Origin: Eledone cirrhosa
Lineage: Eukaryota
Assembly: GCA_964016885.1 (NCBI GenBank)
Contig: OZ024744.1
Span: 94,302,001 to 94,366,000, forward strand
Length of the DNA: 64,000 nucleotides
Direction of reading: 5' to 3'
The translations under genes and the position numbers were made by a program. Every line of letters starts with the position of its first letter. The first letter of the stretch is position 1. Below the pieces are notes generated by a model that saw only the letters and a program-made list of their open reading frames with translations, did not search any database and was not told the DNA's origin. This document shows, piece after piece, positions 63,637-64,000 of this stretch.

Positions 63637-63974
63637 TTATAGTATCACTATATTATATGTATATATACTATATTTAGGTTTAATCGATGCACAATATATA
63701 TCGATTATTTATCAATAAAAAACTTCATGAACATTAGTTCAGGGTGCATCAATTGTACAATTGATACATATACATATGAAAATCTATATTTTTTTTTTTT
63801 TTTTTTTATATATATCTATTATTTATTGTAATTAATTTTCTGTTCCAGGTGAGCATCACCAATCGAAAGAGCAACTCAACTCCTAGCCTCAGTGAAGTAT
63901 CTGAAAATAAAGCCTCTGTTGCAAGTACCGAACAGGCTTCATCAGCAGAAAACCTATCATCGGCTTTAAAGAAT
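6651..63974 (+). CDS. HECTD1: E3 ubiquitin-protein ligase HECTD1, 5' part (27 coding exons, 1431 codons; continues past the window)
   Basis: The N-terminus [47 protein letters not shown] and the later blocks match HECTD1 as I recall it. All 27 exons join in consistent phase; 25 introns are GT-AG and one is GC-AG. Confidence 0.97.
8904..9005. repeat. 34-bp tandem repeat x3
   Basis: AAGAATCCATGTAATATATATACTCTACTTTCCT, three perfect copies. Confidence 0.95.
9870..10104 (+). CDS. HECTD1: HECTD1 coding exon 2
   Basis: TTTCAG acceptor; [17 protein letters not shown]...RDLAEQCIK; donor GTGAGT. Confidence 0.95.
12178..12390 (+). mobile_element. piggyBac-like MITE family A (about 210 bp)
   Basis: TTAA-CCCTTTAGCATT...AATGTTAAAGGG-TTAA; TTAA TSD with CCC/GGG ends. 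Confidence 0.8.
13247..13475 (+). mobile_element. piggyBac-like MITE family A
   Basis: Same body (CTCACCTCTTTCTGTTCAAA...); ends AATGCTAAAGGGTTAA. Confidence 0.8.
13781..13968 (-). mobile_element. piggyBac-like MITE family A, inverted
   Basis: Reverse complement of the family A body. Confidence 0.78.
14283..14619 (-). mobile_element. tRNA-derived SINE with CORE-like domain and RTE-type (ATG)n tail
   Basis: Reverse complement of 23551-23906; Pol III A/B boxes. Confidence 0.85.
14863..15090 (-). mobile_element. piggyBac-like MITE family B (about 230-250 bp)
   Basis: Ends TTTGGTATCAAAAGAGTTAA; similar copies near 11250-11448, 18020-18680, 21230-21580, 60946-61250 and 61640-61835. Confidence 0.7.
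15365..15583 (+). mobile_element. piggyBac-like MITE family A
   Basis: TTAACCCTTTAGCATTTAAAC...AATGCTAAAGGTTTAA. Confidence 0.8.
15885..17280. repeat. Polypyrimidine minisatellite (CACTTCCCCCTTCTCACTCTCT-type units, about 20-24 bp)
   Basis: About 1.4 kb, almost no G on the + strand. Confidence 0.95.
17525..17805 (+). mobile_element. RTE-clade LINE 3' fragment
   Basis: Decayed [19 protein letters not shown] coding remnant plus (ATG)n tail; relatives at 24830-25098 (+), 20750-21060 (-) and 33110-33250 (+). Confidence 0.7.
18138..18352 (+). mobile_element. tRNA-derived SINE family 2
   Basis: B box GAGTTCAAATCC and TTTATCCTTTTGGGGTCGATAAAATAAAGTA core; relatives at 21279-21445, 55395-55700 and 60406-60690 (+), and 34430-34685, 37340-37636 and 13476-13645 (-). 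Confidence 0.8.
18864..19109 (-). mobile_element. piggyBac-like MITE family B
   Basis: TTAACCCTTTTGTGAC...GGTTGGTATCAAAAGGATTAA. Confidence 0.75.
19410..19535 (+). mobile_element. RTE-like LINE fragment
   Basis: [23 protein letters not shown], the post-RT LLYGxExW motif. Confidence 0.7.
19740..20045 (+). mobile_element. RTE-like LINE 3' fragment
   Basis: [35 protein letters not shown]; related copy about 36300-36520. Confidence 0.7.
20071..20284 (+). mobile_element. piggyBac-like MITE family A
   Basis: TTAACCCTTTAGCATTTAAACCGG...ACAAAGGGTAAA. Confidence 0.8.
22050..22600 (+). mobile_element. CORE-like tRNA SINE with internal triplication
   Basis: TGGCTTAGCGGTTAGAGCG head and GAGCAAGTCACTTTATTTCA core; TCACTRGTRCSAAGCTGTAT unit repeated 3 times; relative at 45860-46170 (-). 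Confidence 0.7.
23551..23906 (+). mobile_element. tRNA-derived SINE with CORE-like domain and RTE-type tail
   Basis: A box TGGCTTAGTGG, B box GAGTTCAATTC, CTTGAGCAAGACACTTTATTTCAC core, AGGAAGGGCATCCAGCTGTAGAAA module, tail GGGAAAAGCGGACGTAAAA(TGA)n. Confidence 0.87.
25258..25994 (-). mobile_element. MITE family B split by a CRE-like insertion
   Basis: TTAACCCTTTTGTTACCATAT left part; matching degenerate right part 25880-25994. Confidence 0.6.
25391..25875 (+). mobile_element. 3' fragment of a CRE-clade (REL endonuclease) non-LTR retrotransposon
   Basis: GC-rich; [20 protein letters not shown]...[20 protein letters not shown] resembles the CRE C-terminus; pyrimidine-rich UTR and A-rich tail follow. 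Confidence 0.7.
26577..27680 (-). mobile_element. RTE-clade LINE, 3' 1.1 kb (ORF end 27656-27078 + 3' UTR + (ATG)n tail)
   Basis: [24 protein letters not shown] and GRPRKTW motifs; 112-bp tandem duplication at 26682-26905. Confidence 0.92.
27848..28078 (+). CDS. HECTD1: HECTD1 coding exon 3
   Basis: TTTGCAG; [11 protein letters not shown]...LLKHEDPF; GTAAGT. Confidence 0.95.
28108..28425 (-). mobile_element. MITE family B with nested family A copy (about 28222-28375)
   Basis: TTAACCCTTTCATTACC...TTTGGTATGAAAAGGGATAA, with an inverted A body inside. Confidence 0.7.
28675..28871. mobile_element. Mariner-like MITE, decayed
   Basis: TACAAGGGTCGGCTGAGTAGTTCATAG ... CTATGAACTTTGCAACTGACCTTCATA imperfect TIRs, TA flanks. 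Confidence 0.55.
29215..29390 (+). mobile_element. RTE/BovB-like LINE fragment
   Basis: [33 protein letters not shown]. Confidence 0.65.
29750..30074 (+). mobile_element. RTE-clade LINE 3' end
   Basis: [29 protein letters not shown]...; tail CCCACCCTTGCAAGCAGGGAAAAGCGGACGTAAAA(TGA)n; short copy at 53068-53160 (-). Confidence 0.85.
30478..30721 (+). mobile_element. piggyBac-like MITE family B
   Basis: TCCTTTTAATACCAAAC...ATGAAAGGGTTAA. Confidence 0.7.
31648..31954. mobile_element. Tigger/pogo-like MITE
   Basis: TA-CACTGGAACCTTGGTTCATGAA ... TTCATGAACTCAGGTTCCACT imperfect TIRs. Confidence 0.7.
32139..32476 (+). CDS. HECTD1: HECTD1 coding exon 4
   Basis: TTTCCAG; [27 protein letters not shown]...LKGDE; GTTAGT. 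Confidence 0.95.
34247..34432 (-). mobile_element. piggyBac-like MITE family A, inverted
   Basis: TAGCATTTACATTACTC...GAGGTGAGAGAATTCTGGCC. Confidence 0.75.
34996..35243 (+). CDS. HECTD1: HECTD1 coding exon 5
   Basis: TTTCAG; [24 protein letters not shown]...[22 protein letters not shown]; GTATTT. Confidence 0.93.
35372..35984 (+). mobile_element. MITE family B containing two opposed family A copies
   Basis: B termini at 35372 and 35984; A (+) about 35477-35664, A (-) 35685-35884. Confidence 0.8.
40483..40559 (+). CDS. HECTD1: HECTD1 coding exon 6 (ankyrin)
   Basis: TTCTAG; [25 protein letters not shown]; GTATGT. Confidence 0.95.
41539..41915. repeat. 48-bp minisatellite inside a minus-strand SINE/RTE-tail element (about 41325-41930)
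   Basis: TGGACTGGGTGCTTTTTCTCATGTCACCAATATGACCACCTTATTGTG, five perfect copies from 41585 plus degenerate flanking units. Confidence 0.95.
42132..42230 (+). CDS. HECTD1: HECTD1 coding exon 7 (ankyrin)
   Basis: TTGTAG; [33 protein letters not shown]; GTATTT. Confidence 0.95.
42280..42690. repeat. Foldback inverted repeat (arms about 170 bp)
   Basis: AAAGTGATATATGTAAGAAGGCTAAACAATACAAAATGGACAGTAAG vs CTTACTGTCCACTTTGTATTGTTTAGCCTTCTTACATATGTCACTTT; inner arms also pair. Confidence 0.9.
42848..42971 (+). CDS. HECTD1: HECTD1 coding exon 8 (ankyrin)
   Basis: ATTTAG; [26 protein letters not shown]...ILQSP; GTAACT. Confidence 0.95.
43363..43853 (+). mobile_element. RTE-clade LINE 3' end, same subfamily as 26577-27680
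   Basis: Near-identical reverse complement of 26577-27178, lacking the 112-bp duplication. Confidence 0.9.
44628..44817 (+). CDS. HECTD1: HECTD1 coding exon 9
   Basis: CTGTAG; EWMVPV...[24 protein letters not shown]...SV; GTAACA. Confidence 0.93.
44959..45100 (+). CDS. HECTD1: HECTD1 coding exon 10
   Basis: CTCAAG acceptor; [13 protein letters not shown]...[10 protein letters not shown]; GTAAGT. Confidence 0.93.
46370..46525 (+). CDS. HECTD1: HECTD1 coding exon 11
   Basis: TTATAG; [19 protein letters not shown]...EHFARLG...KDKEK; GTTTGT. Confidence 0.93.
46749..46954 (-). mobile_element. piggyBac-like MITE family B
   Basis: ACCTTTTGTGACTATATTTC...GGCATCAAATGGGTTAA, ending 22 nt before the exon 12 acceptor. 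Confidence 0.7.
46977..47205 (+). CDS. HECTD1: HECTD1 coding exon 12
   Basis: TCTCAG; [17 protein letters not shown]...[48 protein letters not shown]; GTAGGT. Confidence 0.95.
47321..47496 (+). CDS. HECTD1: HECTD1 coding exon 13
   Basis: TTTTAG; [13 protein letters not shown]...VGNW...IHNSDGQQ; GTAAAT. Confidence 0.94.
48026..48193 (+). CDS. HECTD1: HECTD1 coding exon 14
   Basis: AAACAG; [34 protein letters not shown]...RMK; GTAATT. Confidence 0.94.
48715..48852 (+). CDS. HECTD1: HECTD1 coding exon 15
   Basis: TTTTAG; [13 protein letters not shown]...[12 protein letters not shown]...SQIK; GTAAGT. Confidence 0.92.
48940..49193 (-). mobile_element. piggyBac-like MITE family B
   Basis: TTAACCCTTTTGTTACC...TATCAAAAGGGTTAA. 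Confidence 0.78.
49321..49467 (+). CDS. HECTD1: HECTD1 coding exon 16
   Basis: TTATAG; ...[35 protein letters not shown]; GTAATT. Confidence 0.92.
51343..51431 (+). CDS. HECTD1: HECTD1 coding exon 17
   Basis: Long pyrimidine tract + CTGCAG; NVEDMQ...[14 protein letters not shown]; GTAAGT; phases fit both neighbours. Confidence 0.88.
51947..52058 (+). CDS. HECTD1: HECTD1 coding exon 18
   Basis: TTTCAG; [34 protein letters not shown]; GTAAGG. Confidence 0.94.
52441..52575 (+). CDS. HECTD1: HECTD1 coding exon 19
   Basis: TTTAAG; [13 protein letters not shown]...LKMEPL...YLLKM; GTAAGA. Confidence 0.95.
53253..53446. mobile_element. Tc1/mariner-superfamily (Tc2/pogo-like) MITE
   Basis: CCGTATATACTCAAATATAAGTC ... 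GGCTTATATTCAAGAATATATAG-TA TIRs. Confidence 0.7.
53629..53771 (+). CDS. HECTD1: HECTD1 coding exon 20
   Basis: TTTTAG; [13 protein letters not shown]...[15 protein letters not shown]; GTAAGT. Confidence 0.95.
54332..54790 (-). mobile_element. RTE-clade LINE 3' end with SINE-like 3' UTR
   Basis: [27 protein letters not shown] on the minus strand, then the shared module and (ATG)n tail. Confidence 0.8.
55202..55345 (+). CDS. HECTD1: HECTD1 coding exon 21 (SUN-like)
   Basis: ATGCAG; [14 protein letters not shown]...[19 protein letters not shown]...NCHTNDD; GTAAAT. Confidence 0.95.
56109..56189 (+). CDS. HECTD1: HECTD1 coding exon 22 (SUN-like)
   Basis: TTGCAG; [26 protein letters not shown]; GTGAGT. 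Confidence 0.95.
56545..56656. repeat. 46-bp-stem hairpin with 20-nt loop
   Basis: Arms 56545-56590 and 56611-56656; three non-Watson-Crick positions. Confidence 0.92.
57054..57152 (+). CDS. HECTD1: HECTD1 coding exon 23 (SUN-like)
   Basis: poly-T TAG; [17 protein letters not shown]...[10 protein letters not shown]; GTAAGA. Confidence 0.95.
57455..57618 (+). CDS. HECTD1: HECTD1 coding exon 24 (SUN-like)
   Basis: TTTTAG; STASWP...[20 protein letters not shown]...DDI; GTGAGT. Confidence 0.95.
58455..58631 (+). CDS. HECTD1: HECTD1 coding exon 25 (MIB/HERC2 start; GC donor)
   Basis: TTTAAG; [15 protein letters not shown]...[17 protein letters not shown]...GELHN; the only in-frame donor at the end is G|GCTAGT. 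Confidence 0.9.
58697..60845 (-). mobile_element. Decayed Tigger/pogo-like DNA transposon with nested SINEs
   Basis: TA-CAGTGAACCCTCATTAA ... TTAATGAGGGTTCACCA TIRs; acidic transposase-tail-like remnant [19 protein letters not shown] on the minus strand near 60030-60090. Confidence 0.6.
61903..62084 (+). CDS. HECTD1: HECTD1 coding exon 26 (MIB/HERC2 end)
   Basis: ATTTAG; [28 protein letters not shown]...; the 3' end is ambiguous (in-frame donors after 62006, 62078 and 62084). Confidence 0.85.
63310..63437. repeat. Hairpin, stem about 45 bp
   Basis: AGTTTAGTATAGAGTTAGTTCCACAACAGATTAACGAACCATACT vs AGTATGGTTTGTTAATCTATTGTGGAACTGACTCTATACCAAACT. Confidence 0.9.
63457..63593. mobile_element. 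Tc1/mariner-like MITE
   Basis: TA-CAGGGTGGATACAAAGTTGCAGTAC ... GTATTGCGACTTTTGGTCCATCCTG. Confidence 0.65.
63849..63974 (+). CDS. HECTD1: HECTD1 coding exon 27 (Ser-rich linker)
   Basis: TTCCAG; [16 protein letters not shown]...[14 protein letters not shown]...; GTAAGC; phase 0 fits. Confidence 0.8.
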
Positions 63975-64000
63975 GTAAGCTGGTTGTTTGTCCTTTACGG

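Overview
AT-rich, microsatellite- and SINE-rich animal DNA; the repeat content suggests a coleoid cephalopod such as an octopus (inference). Most of the window is the 5' part of one plus-strand gene, HECTD1 (E3 ubiquitin ligase). I reconstructed 27 coding exons from ATG 6651 to 63974, all phase-consistent (4293 nt, 1431 codons), covering the ARM-like N-terminus, ankyrin repeats, SUN-like domain and MIB/HERC2 domain. The HECT domain lies beyond the window. Upstream, a 5'-truncated but stop-free LINE RT and a short RTE derivative sit inside (TA/TG)n arrays. Introns hold RTE and CRE LINE fragments, tRNA-derived SINEs, two piggyBac-like (TTAA) MITE families, Tc1/mariner/Tigger remnants, satellites and several foldback hairpins. 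I cannot claim a proven new system. The best leads are RNA-level: (1) Ser codons in UAG context where orthologues have Gly, i.e. candidate restorative A-to-I recoding; (2) an obligatory GC-AG intron with a competing in-frame GT donor inside the MIB/HERC2 domain; (3) inverted LINE copies bracketing exons 3-8, a circRNA geometry; (4) intronic foldbacks carrying hammerhead-ribozyme-like cores. Orthologue residues and repeat family names are from memory, not from a search. Repeat boundaries are approximate.
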